From contig NC_058368.1 in assembly GCF_018350175.1 (NCBI RefSeq), positions 227,170,001 through 227,234,000 of the forward strand: a stretch of DNA of 64,000 bases, read 5' to 3'. The DNA comes from Felis catus. Its lineage: Eukaryota. The number at the start of each line of letters is the position of its first letter. The stretch's first letter is position 1. Both the position numbers and the translations under genes were made by a program. Shown piece by piece: positions 38,328-50,267 of the stretch. The notes beneath the pieces are model-generated. The model did not search any database and had not been told where the DNA came from. It saw only the letters and a list, made by a program, of their open reading frames with translations.

Positions 38328-41300
38328 AAGAAGTCAATCTGGTATTTTTCAGCACCTACAATTCGACGACTTTCTGTGGAGGTGCAATAGAAATACAGAA
38401 AACCCTGTTTTATGCACTATTATCGGGCTATGAGCTCCCGACCTAAGTGCGTTTTTTTTGCTAACTGAAGCTTATCCTTTAAAATGCAGGTCATTGGTTT
38501 TCTTTTTCTTTTTTAGTATGGGAATTATTGTTGCTGGAAATAGGTGTTGCACATTTGTCTAGCATATTAAATAAATATAGTATATACGTAGGACATAATG
38601 TAACATTTTTTGGTGTCTTGTAAATATCTGTTGTGCTAGGCAATCTGGGATATATGCTGACAGGTGATACTCAAAACACTTAAAGAGTTTGGCACTAACC
38701 AAGATGATAAAAATAATAAAATAATAATTAGTAAAAATAGTTAATACACGATGAGTACTTTTTAATTTCTTGCTTCAGATCTGCCCTGGGTCTCAGAAAC
38801 TAAAACAGTAGAATTCCGTGAAAAGTGAAGAATAAATAAATCATTTCGGAGGCCTCCTTTGGGAAAAAGCATATACACCTTATGACGGTTATTTTCCCTG
38901 CCCTCAAATTGCTTAGATCCCGGTTGAGAAAACAGACATGAAACACTTTTGCAGTCAGAAGGGCACGGACCAAAATGTGTAAATTGCACAGTGCAGTTTA
39001 TGATAACACAGCGAGGCGCTCAGTAATTGTAACAGAGCGGGAAGGCTGTGCCAGCTGTGACGTGATAGCTCTCATCTGGCCGTGGTCACCCCCTGCCTCC
39101 TTCTCTCTAGGTGCCCTTGTCATCAGAGTAGGAAGCACCCCATCTGCAGAGGCGAAAACAGAGGCACGGTAGAGGTAAAAGCAGACTTCACAGCAAGCCC
39201 TACACATTCGGGGTTTGCTTTTGTAGGTTTTGTATTCCTTTCATGGTTTGGGAACCGTTCACCTGCTGTTCCAGCCAGATTCCACCGACAGTGCTGAGGA
39301 CCCATGAGCTGAAAGTGACAGAGAGGACATTCTCTCAGCAGATGTGTGCATCACAACGTTTCTGCTGCTTCTCTGTGATTGCTCCGTCACACCAAAAGAT
39401 GTTTTCAAAGCCCATGCTGGGAAGGGAGATACCTCAGTTATTTGTCAGCACAAAGGGGGTAATTTCTCCCCTAGATGAGGAGTTACCAGAAACAGCCTGT
39501 ACCTCTGGTTCAGGAAATGTCACACGGTCCCAGGACAGACGGACCGGCCTTGTTTCCCGTTGGGGGAGTACATTGTGGTCTAAGTTTGCTCTCAGGTCCT
39601 TGCTGGCTTTCGCACTTTTTATGGTATTTTGGTATCCGTAGATGGGCAAGGCTCTGGAAGAGTCTGACACCTTCAGTGTAGTTCGAGGATTACCTTTCTG
39701 GAAGCGTGGGTTTGGCATTATAAATGTGCAGCCATTTTCCTGATATGTGTAGACATCACTGTCCCCAACCTCGGGGGGCGGGGGAAGGGCTGTGTGTGAC
39801 TCCTTGTCATACCTCCGAGCCCACATTCACCGGCACACGCTTCCCGCGCCTCATTGGTCCCTGCCTGGACAGAGACCACAGCTGGTAGGGGGGACTCGAG
39901 GCTGGGAGGAAATCAAGAGCAAAAGTGGGAATCCTTGGATAAGAGTTGCAGAGGTGACTGGTGAGGAGACGCTGAGGCCCCCCGGGACATTGAGTTGGAA
40001 TGACGTGGCTGAAAAGAGGGACGTCTGCTGGCAGGTTAATGCGACTTTTTCTAGGGAGCCAGATGAGCCAGGGATGGGAGGGGGCAGACGTTGTAGCTGT
40101 GACTTCCTAGGCCGTGAGAAGTTACGGTGGCCTATTTTGTGAGAGACCCGAAGAGGTCCGGTCTGGGTCAGGAAGCTTTGAGGCTCAGCAGTCCCAGGCT
40201 CTGAGAGTTGGTCACTCCAGGTCATTGTCTCAACTAAGTGACAATGAGTCCACGTCAATAAGCTTTTCAAGATCCCTGCTTAGTTTCTTAAAAATATAAC
40301 GTTAAGTCTAAGGAAGTATTTGACTCTCTGTCAGTTTCTATTTTGCCATCTGGCTTAGGTGTGCCTGTTCTGTTTCCAGAGCTGCTTTTAAGACAATAAA
40401 AAGTTTGGGCACTCTTGAATCTGGAGATCTGCTGGCCGCCGGGCCGTGCATTTTAATAGAGGGGACTAGTAGTGTAGAGAATCTAGAACAGCAGATTACA
40501 AAAAAAAAAAAAAAAAAAAATTGTCTGACATCTGAGGGCTTTAAATGGCTTGGCAGGAAACTCACTGTGGCTGGGACACTGAGGCCTCCCACCATGTGCG
40601 GCCTGAAGTTGACATTTTATAAAGACAAACTGCGCGAAGGAGAGTAACAAATAACCGTGCTTAATAAGAAAGAGGTAACGTTCACCTCTTGGGGATTCTA
40701 GCTGAGCCCAGTGAAGAAACAACTAGAAAGGCATCTCACAGCCAGCCCGATCTGAAACGAGGCAGTCAGAGTGTCTCTTCTCAGCCCCAGATGTCACGCG
40801 CGAATACGGTTCCCTAGCATACTCTTGGAGACCTGGTTTTTCTTCAAAATGAGTTCTGGGGCTTTATCTCCTCCCTTTCCAGATGCAACATCACATCACC
40901 CGGAGCCTGACAGGTGCTCAAGATGCACCTCCTTTCTACTCCCACACAAAGGCACATACCTTTAGGTATTACACCCCCCGGGTCGCACACCTGTCGGGCC
41001 GTTGACCAAATTTGGGCAGGTTCCCTGGCACGGGTGGTTCGTAAACCCTGTGTTTACCAGACTTCCCTAGACAAACCAGTGTTTCAGCAGTGAAGGGGAA
41101 TGGGCTTGGACTCACGTGCAGGGACAGTGGACAACCACCGAAGGGCGTGGGCTGAACCGCCTTGTTTTTCTAGAATTCTTATTTACTCAGATTTCTTTTA
41201 GGCCAACGCATCTTCTTTCAGAGGGGGTCCTGGCAGTCCTATGTTTCATTTCTTTTTGAAAATGGAGGTACGGTTTACATTCCGGTGAAATGCACAGGTC

Positions 41301-41636
41301 TTACGTGTACCGTCCCATGAGTTTTGACAGACGACCAATGCATAGCTGTGTGACCCAGACCGCAGCCCAGATATGGATCGTTTCCATCAGCCCGGGAGGT
41401 TCCCCAGTGCCGGTCCCTCAGAGGTAACCACTATTCCGGTGGCCAGATATGGCTTGATATTGTAGATTTGAGTGGATCCTAGCTAGGTGGAGACTTTGGC
41501 TTTCTGTGTAACATAACCTTGTTCCTTGTACTCTCTGGTGTTTTCAATTCTGATCCTTCACGTACATGAACTGCTAATGATTTTGCTGTTCAGCCATGAT
41601 AAAAATTAAAGTCTGATTTAAAAACTAACACCACGT

Positions 41637-41880
41637 GGGGCGCCTGGGTGGCTCCGCTGGTTAAGCGTCCGACTTCGGCTCAGGTCATGACCTCGCGGTC
41701 CGTGAGTTCGAGCCCCGCATCGGGCTCTGTGCTGACAGCTCGGAGCCAGGGGCCTGTTTCGGACTCCGTGACTCCCTCTCTCTCTCGGCCCCTCCCCCCG
41801 CTTGTGCTCGGTCTCTTACTCTCAAAAAGAAATAAAACGTAAAAATAAATAAATAAATAAACAAACAAACTAACTAACTA
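41637..41880 (+). mobile_element. CanSINE with tail grading AAAT>AAAC>TAAC
   Basis: TSD aactaacacca. Confidence 0.93.
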
Positions 41881-41891
41881 ACTAACACCAT

Positions 41892-42272
41892 AGAAAACAA
41901 TGCGGTGTATGCCTACTATGAATTATTCCTCCGCCTTCCAGAGGAATGGAGTGGTGATGTATACCACCACACAGATGAACCTTGAAGATATGCCACTAAA
42001 TGCAAGAAGCCAGACACGGAAGGACAGCTGTGGCATGATTCCACTTCGATGAGGTCCGGGGAATAGAGCCCTAGACAGGAAGGGGAACAGTGGCTGGTGG
42101 GGCTTAGGGGGGATCCTGTTCAGCGGGTGCAGCTTCAGCTGGGAAGGACAGTGTTCTGCAGATGGGCGGTGGCCGTGGCTGCACCATAACGTGAATGCCC
42201 TTCATGCTGCTTGGACCGCATGCTTAAGAGGGGTAAAAATGCTAAATTCTCTGTTAGGTATATTTTATCAGA
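41892..42272 (+). mobile_element. L1MB-like 3' UTR fragment
   Basis: gatgaaccttgaagat...aagaagccagacacggaaggaca...atgattccactt...ggtatattttatca. Confidence 0.75.
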
Positions 42273-42363
42273 AGGGAGAAGTTTTAAGTGACATCATAAG
42301 CTACTGGGAATGCCTGTGGCTTTTGAAGAGGGTCTCTCTTTAAAAAAAAAAAAAAAAAAAACA

Positions 42364-42585
42364 GGGGCGCCTGGGTGGCGCAGTCGGTTAAGCGTCCGAC
42401 TTCAGCCAGGTCACGATCTCGCGGTCCGTGAGTTCGAGCCCCGCGTCGGGCTCTGGGCTGATGGCTCAGAGCCTGGAGCCTGTTTCCGATTCTGTGTCTC
42501 CCTCTCTCTCTGCCCCTTGCCCGTTCATGCTCTGTCTCTCTCTGTCCCAAAAATAAATAAACGTTGAAAAAAAATTAAAAAAAAA
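42364..42585 (+). mobile_element. Young SINEC_Fc-type inserted at a poly(A) run
   Basis: Near-identical to the other young copies; CpGs intact. Confidence 0.96.
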
Positions 42586-42764
42586 CATATTAATCTTATT
42601 GTAATTACAGATGTTCGTTTTCATTCTAAAGGGGAGGAAAATAAGTAAAAGTATCAAGAATAAGAACCACGTGCAAACCTAATCACCTAGACAGAACAGC
42701 AGTCTCATATTTTACCACTGGTGTGCTTCTCGCCTCTTTTTTTTTGTTTTTTTGGCACGTATTT

Positions 42765-42971
42765 TATCTTTTTTTAAATGTTTATTTATTGATTTTGAGA
42801 GAGAGAGAGTAGGGGGAGGGGCAGAGAGAGAGGGAGAGAGAGAGCCCCAAGCAGGCTGTGTGCTCACGACCATGGGCTCAATCCAGGGCTCCGTCCCACA
42901 AGCCGCGAGATCCCGGCCCGAGCCACCATCGAGAGTAGGATGCTTAACTGACTGAGCCACCCAGGTGCCCC
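42765..42971 (-). mobile_element. CanSINE, older
   Basis: Antisense head gactgagccacccaggtgcccc. Confidence 0.9.
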
Positions 42972-44254
42972 CGCATGTCGTTTAAAACAATATCGTAACC
43001 TCTTTCCATTTTATATGTAGGCAGTTGCCCTTGACTTTAAGTATTCATCTAGCACGTGATGATTAACGGCTTCCTAGCATTCTCTCGCATAGATACGCCA
43101 TAACTTATTTATTCTCTTGTGGTTAGATGTGCAAGTTGGTTCTGCTTCATTCTATCTTGAATAATGCTTGGGGACGTTTTTGTGCAGAAATCTTTGCACA
43201 CATCTGATTATTTCCTTGGATTAATACTCGAAATACCGACGTACGTGCGCCCCTCTTCAAGGCTTCGGCACGGCACCACGCTCCTGCAGAAAGTTCCAGT
43301 CTACCCTGCAGGTGCCTTGTGGGAATGTGCCACAGGCATTCTTTGCCTGGATGCTGTTTCACAGTCCAGTGACTTCCGCCCCCAGGAATTTGCATGCGAG
43401 TTCTCTCAAAGCCACATGGTGCTCAGCTCCTTCAAATGATTTCTTTTATTAAGGGCATTTTTTTAAAATGCTGACAGATCAGTGTTATAGAAGGTAACAC
43501 TTTTAAACTGTTTCAGGACGTCCATTCTTTTTAGTAGGCACGTTTTGGACCAAATCCCTACTCTGCATGGGGCTAGGCATAAGCACAGGAAAGAAAGGAT
43601 TGTGTTGGCTTCACTTGCATACGTCTGGAAAATACCTGCTCCTAAAGCTTTCAAGGCAGAGAAAAGTGCTTTTCGATGAGTTCAGTGATGCTCAAGAAAT
43701 GTGCTTCCTAAAACGTCCCAGGTGAACACTTGGGAGAGGAGAAAAAAGTTACTGACCTTCCTGGATGCCAGGCCCTGCCCTAGACATGGGGCATGCACTG
43801 TGGAGGGTCACCTTCCCACTTCAGAGGTGAGTGCATTGAATAGCTGTGCCTTGTGTGGTTCAGCCTCAGCGGAGCAGCCTGGCTCCTGGGACGGATGGCT
43901 CATGCTTGGAGTCTCATCGGAGAGTGTTTGTGTTGACTGTGTTGTAGGGAAATGCAGAGCCAGTGATGTTGAGGGGAACTGGAAGAGAAAGCTTTCTCGC
44001 TTTTCTGCCACCCTGACCACGGCTCCTTCTGTTTAACCTGCTCTCCTGGCTATTTCCCTTCCACTCGGGAGAGCAGAGAGAGTGCAGATGGTTCGCACTC
44101 ATTCAGAGGTGCACCGAGTTCCTGTGGCTTCTCGGTTCTTCCCCGCTCCTTCTGCCCAGTAGTGTCTGTCAGCAGTCCAAGCTGAGCACAACGAGGTTGG
44201 AGGGGAAAAAAAAACAAAAACAAAAAGACCACCCACTCCTGACAGGACCCCTGC

Positions 44255-44450
44255 GTTTGACCTCCATCCCTGGACCCAGTGGCTCTGTGACCTTGAGCAA
44301 AGAACTTGACCTCAGCGGGCTTCAGTTTTCCCAACTGTCAAATGGGGATAAAGGGCTTGCGTACCTTCTTTTGGAGGTGCAGGCCAAATAGAGACTGGAC
44401 ACTCAAGTGCTTTGAAAAGCATGGAGCGCTGCACGTGTGCGAAGCAGTGT
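44255..44450 (+). mobile_element. MIR
   Basis: tgtgaccttgagcaaagaacttgacctc...cttcagttttcccaactgtcaaatgggga. Confidence 0.75.
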
Positions 44451-45077
44451 TGCTAAGACTTTGAGCCCGCTATGCTGCGGCTGCACCTGTTTATTACTAG
44501 CCTTGACTGTCTGACCTTTTTCTTGCTCTGTATCGATACAGTGACTTGCAGAAAGGAGATTCCTTTAACTGGAGCCAGCGAGGGTGGGGCAGACAGAAGC
44601 GTGCTGAATGAAGATGCTGGTAACACTTGGATTTTACAGCATGGGTGCCAGCAGTGCTGCTGCTTTTTTTGGTTTGTTTTTTTTTACTTTGGGGAAAAGA
44701 GTTTTAAGGCTCAGTTTTCTCACCCCCTTGGGGCTTTTGGGTTGTTTTTTTTTTTAAGTTGAATTACTGGGATTTAGGTAACGTGCTTTTTGAAATGATA
44801 GGCTGCATCTACTTTTAATTATAGGCTGCTGTCTGTCACAGAGTTGAAGGAGGACAGTTGCATATACCATTTAGACATACAAATGGCACCAGGCCATTCT
44901 CAATTGTGTTGACAGTTATGGCAGTGACCCACCAAGGTGTTTTTGCTAAGTTAAAGTGTGGTGGGTGCTCAGTGAGCTAAAAGTTGTAACCTGCTTCTCC
45001 TGTGCTGTTTCGGAGCCTTTGCTCTGGTTAAATAATCAGGAAATATGGAACACAGAGGAAATAGGTCTTCATGAATG

Positions 45078-45660
45078 TGTTCATTCAACAGATGTTTCTT
45101 GGACACCTACTATGTCCCAAGCACAGCGCTAGTCACTAAGGACAGACTAAGAAAAAGGATGCGATCCTTGGCTGCACAGCGATTATCCCATAGGATATGG
45201 GAAAGGGACAGACAGGCACTTTCTACAAAATATGCTCTCCCTGGGTCAATCTCCCCTGGGATCCTATAAGAGTAACCTTTAACTTTAAGGGTCGGGAAGC
45301 TCTCTGTTCCAGCTGAGAGACCCACGGAGGATAGTATGTCCCTGTTCTGAAAAGCAGGGGATTCCAGGTGAGGAGTGACTGATGCTTAGTGCGAATTGAT
45401 CAAGGAATCAGACTGGGAGGGTGCCGGGGCAGGGTGGCAGGACCAGCGGAACCCAGACCGGCAAGGTTCCAGTTCATCCGGGTAAGGAGTTTGGCTTTGG
45501 TCCTGACCGCAGTGGGAAACTTTGAAGGTTCCCAGTGGGGGTGTGGTGTGCTTGGATTTGCATATTTGAAAGATAATTTTGGTTTCAGCGTGGCTAATGA
45601 ATTAGAGGGAGGTGAGAGCAGCCGTGGCAAGGAAACCAGCAGAGAGGAGAGGTGGCCTAA
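45078..45660 (-). mobile_element. Degenerate L2 fragment
   Basis: ttcattcaacagatgtttcttggacacctactatgtcccaagcac. Confidence 0.65.
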
Positions 45661-45936
45661 CATAGGGCTGGGGCGGGGAGGGAGAACCAAAAGGAAACAC
45701 CTTCTAGAATCAGGTGGGGTTGGCCACAGGGCGCGAGAGGGCCTAAAGTTTGCCACCAAACTTGAAGAGAGCCGGTTCCAAGGGAAGAGAAGGAGTTCCA
45801 TTTCATTCATGTTCATGTGTTAATAAATTTAGTGCAGGGTTTGTAATTGCTTGCCTGAGAGAGCATATAAAATATGCAAAACGGTGGGAGCTACGTGAAT
45901 AGTGTCTGTGTAGCTGTCTTTTGTCCCTCTGTGTGT

Positions 45937-46013
45937 CCCTCTCTCTCTCCCCCTTCCTCCCTCTCCCTTTCCTTCCCTCCTTTCCTCCCTCCCTCCCTCC
46001 TCCTTCCCTTCCT
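45937..46013 (+). repeat. Pure pyrimidine (CT/CCTT/CCCT) tract
   Basis: Directly visible. Confidence 0.85.
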
Positions 46014-46654
46014 GGGACAAGCTGGTCACATTCTTTGCAAATGAGAGCTTCTTGCATTTTTACCTAAATGCAAATACTATGAATATTCATTTTTCTTTCA
46101 ACATGTAAAAATGCTTTATTAGAATGCAGTCAGTTCTCAGCCATTTGCCTTAATGAAATAGTGATGTGGAAAATTCAAAAACATTTCTGCATATTTCGCC
46201 CTGGAATGCCTGAGGACTTTGGGGGAAGGAAATTTATCTGCATCATCATGGTGCTGTGCTAAGGATAAGATTACCCTTGCACCAGGTGCCTGGTGACAGC
46301 AGAGAGATGCCATCTGGAATTAAATTTGATGAGGCTCCCTGGTTTGCTCTTTCTGTATATTAAACGTTTGCTGAGTAAACAGTAGCGAGTGGACTAACCT
46401 AGAGGGGTTCCTGTAATGGCTTTATGTTTGTTTATGTGTCTTTTAGTATTGTCTGAGCTGCCTGTGTGGTTGTAATTCATAAAATGCATTTAGAATACAT
46501 TTTGCTATAGAAACATTATAAATTGTGGCTAGGTTTCCAGGCCTCTCTACCAAAGCTATTTAACCCTTAATGTTCTCAAAATATTATATATCTGCAACGA
46601 GGAGGAGCAGTAGTAGAAAACCATGCTGTTAGAAGAGTAGGAATCAGGGGGGGC

Positions 46655-46873
46655 GGGCACCTGGGTGGCTCAGTCGGTTGGGTGTCCGACTTCAGCTCCG
46701 GTCATGATTTCGCAGTTGGTGGGTTCGAGCCCCGCGTCGGGCTCTGTGCTGACAGCTGGGAGCCTGGAGCCTCCATCGGATTGTGTGTCTCCTCCTCTCT
46801 CTGCCCCTCCCCCGCTCATGCCCTGTCTCGCTCTGTCTCTCAGTAATAAATAAAAACGTTAAAAAAATTTTTT
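46655..46873 (+). mobile_element. CanSINE
   Basis: TSD agaa(g/t)agtaggaat. Confidence 0.92.
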
Positions 46874-47034
46874 AGAATAGTAGGAATTGGGGAAAGCAGT
46901 AATATTGAAAAATATCATTTGTCTTAATTAACTTTGAGAACAGTTCAGCAGTGTAATAAGGTGGTGGCTGGAGGGAGGGAGGTTGGTGCCACTGGCCGTG
47001 GAGGTCGGGTTAACTTAAAATCAATGCATAGGTT

Positions 47035-47192
47035 GGGGTGCCTGGATGGCCCAGTCAGTTAAGGGTCTGACTTTGGCTCAGGTCATGATGTTGCAGTCCG
47101 TGAGTTCAAGCCCCACATCGGGCACCCGTCCGCGTCTTGTTCTCTCTCCCTCTCTCTCTCAAAATAAATAAACTAAAAAAAAAAAAAAAAAA
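47035..47192 (+). mobile_element. CanSINE lacking its middle segment, followed by an L1MA-like 3' tip (~47200-47350)
   Basis: TSD aaaatcaa(t/a)gcat. Confidence 0.85.
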
Positions 47193-47895
47193 AATCAAAG
47201 CATGGGAAATAGTAATATCGTATTAACTGTGGTGGCAGACGGTAACTAGCTTTGTGGCCATGAGTCACAACAACATATACAAATGTCAAATCACTGTGTT
47301 TCACGTGAAGCTAATAAAATGTTCTACATCGATTATACATCAGTCGATAAAGTAAATGAGGAAATAAAAGCATCTTCTGGATGCACATGACTCATCAGCT
47401 GCGGTTACAGTAACTTGCTGTGTGTTCTGGTGGGTAAAACTTAAAAACACCTCCCTGCGTCTATGGATTTAGGCTTACTTGTGCCTCCGTTCCATTGACG
47501 TCTTCTTGAAAAATAATGCCAAAGCAGCATCTACTAAGAGACCCATAAGCCACTGGGAAGCTCAGAATGCAGATGAGAATTTGGGGAAGTGAAAAGATTT
47601 TCTGTAACAGGACCATATCCATACTGTAAAGTGCATATCTCTAATTATATATTATATCCGAACACTGTTTTTTCTTTTGGAGAATTGGGCGTATCATCTC
47701 CAATAGAAGACAAATCGGATGCCTTAGATTACATGGAAAACCAAATACTTCACCCATTTTTTTTTCTTTTTAGTTCAGCAGAAGTAGAAAATCTTATTTC
47801 AGGATGTGGCAAAACGAACATTGCCCTTACCCTTGCCTGGTGCACACTGCACATTTGTAGAGGACTTACTTCGCCGTTTCTAAAATATGTTCTCA

Positions 47896-48063
47896 GGGCG
47901 CCTGGATGGCTCATTCGGTTGAGCGTCCGACTTCTGCTCAGGTCATGATCTCGCGGTCTGTGAGTTCGAGCCCCACATCGGGCTCTGTGCTGACAGCTCG
48001 GAGCCTGGAGCCTGCTTCGGATTCTGTGTCTCCCTCTCTCTCTCTGCCCCTCCCCCGCTCATG

Positions 48064-48118
<55 letters not shown>

Positions 48119-48150
48119 AAAAATAAATAAACATTAAAAAAATTTAATTT
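47896..48150 (+). mobile_element. CanSINE with expanded (CT)~23
   Basis: TSD aaaa(t/c)at(g/a)ttctc. Confidence 0.94.
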
Positions 48151-49902
48151 ATAAAACATATTCTCGTTATATGGGAGAGCTGTTCCACCACCCAGGGGCA
48201 CGTAGGCTCACCCTGCCCGGAAGGAGGTTATCTGTCATCAGTGGACATCTGTAGAGGCCATGCCTGGCCATGGCCCGGAGCCCACTGGCCCCGGCCACCC
48301 TCTTTCCCCTCCTCAGAGGTGAGCTCCACTCTCCTTGTGAGTCCTGGGTCCTCTCGAGCACCAGGGAGTATGGAGTCCAATCTTGGGGCAGAGAGGTGGC
48401 AAAGCTCAGAGCTGCGGAGAGCCTGTGGTTCACATGCACCGCAGCCAGAGGCCCGCCTTCCGTGCTCTGGGGGTTTCTGAGTCTTCAGCCTCCTCCCCGG
48501 TCCCTGTCTGAGGGTCCTAGTGAAGATGGGTCCTCCCTTTTCAGCACCCCCCGCCTTTCACCCCAGTCTCCCCGCCTCTCTGCTGCCGAGTATTACTTTC
48601 TTAATATCTAATCATCAAGTAAAACAAGACAAAACAAAAAAAAAAAACCCCAAAACCCTCAGTGTGGACTCTCTGAGCTTTAATTGGCCACACCTTCTGG
48701 CAGACATCGCTGTTTCCTTCGCTTTTCAGCGCCTTTTCATAAATCGGGTGTCTTTTTTTAAAAGATTATTTTTGCTTTCCAAGCACTCGTTAATTTCAGA
48801 TTAGGTTGTCTGGATTGCCACCCACGGTCCTGAGTCACTCGCCTTTTCATGACAGCGGGCTCCAGAAGAGGCAGAGGGTCGAGCTCATTCGGCCCTTCCT
48901 GGAGGCCCCAGGGCCCCTACCCTCCCCACACCCCCCCCCTTATGGGGCCTGCACAGGTCTCCCCCTCACCCCCCACCTTACCTGGAGCCCCGGAGGCAGG
49001 GCTGAGATGTGATCCCACCTGTGGTGGCTGTCCCCGACGCCCTTCCCCTTGTCACTCAGCACAGGGGGAGCCTCAGGCGGGCATGGGGGAAGAGAACTGA
49101 GATTGCCTGCCTGCCCAACACACGGGATCAGCTCAAGGTCAGCGCATCTGTCCCACCTCTTATCAGCCAAAGTGCATCCGTCCCTCTAACTCGGAGGGAC
49201 AGCAAAGTGAGCTCACTTCGTTTCACCCTAAGCACGCTGCCTCTCACACAGCTCAGCTCCGGGCCCCCCTTCCCCACCCAGAGGGAAAGCCGCTCCTCTC
49301 AAATGTTGAAATTTGGCACCGTGTCAGGGAGGGAATTACTAGCTGCGTGGACTTGACTCTCGGATCCACCCACTGGTCCTAACGTGGATCCCAATGAGAC
49401 CGACTACCTTGAGAAACAATTATTCTTGCATTTTCTGGTGAAAGAAAAACATGCAAAAATATGCCCTTTCGGGTGAGATGTTTTCACCGAGGGAAAAAGT
49501 CGGGGTGACTTGAGTACTACAAGGTGCGGCCTGGTGAGGAGGTCTTAACCCCCCGGCAGGTGGGGAAGGATGCCGGGGAGCACCCCTCCCCTGACCACTC
49601 CTGGTTAACGGCCTTCACCATCAGCCCTGGAAGTTCCCAAAGACCAGGCTTCCTTTAGGGGGTACACGATCCAATGACCGTTAAAGTGGTATCTTACCAA
49701 ATGGCAGTCTTGTCTGATTGGCGAGTACGCGTCTCCATCTGGGGCAGAGGAAGCACCCTGCACAACTGTGGTTGGGTTAGACTGAGGAGCCCCGGACGTG
49801 CAGAGGAACGGTGTTGAGACGCCATTGCCATATTAGCGGTGGGCTCCTAGCAAAGAGCTTTATGCGCTGCAGACGTTTCATCGTTAGAATGGGCTGCAAT
49901 CA

Positions 49903-50005
49903 GGGGCACTTGGGTGGCTCAGTCGGTGAAGCGTCTGACTCTTGATTTTGGCCCAGGTCATGATCTCACAGTTCATGAGATCGAGTCCTGCACTGGGCTC
50001 CGTGC
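49903..50005 (+). mobile_element. Tailless CanSINE 5' half with perfect 13-bp flanking direct repeat
   Basis: TGGGCTGCAATCA at 49890-49902 and 50006-50018. Confidence 0.88.
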
Positions 50006-50032
50006 TGGGCTGCAATCAAACCAAAGAGTTTT

Positions 50033-50267
50033 GTTTTTTTTGTTTTTTTTTTAATTTTTTTTTTCAACGTTTATTTATTTTTGGGACAGAGAGAGACAGA
50101 GCATGAACGGGCGAGGGGCAGAGAGAGAGGGAGACACAGAATCGGAAACAGGCTCCAGGCTCTGAGTGGTCAGCCCAGAGCCCGACGCGGGGCTCGAACT
50201 CACGGACCGCGAGATCGTGACCTGGGTGAAGTCGGACGCTTAACCGACTGCGCCACCCAGGCGCCCC
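50033..50267 (-). mobile_element. Young SINEC_Fc-type
   Basis: Perfect 17-bp TSD tcaaaccaaagagtttt. Confidence 0.96.
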
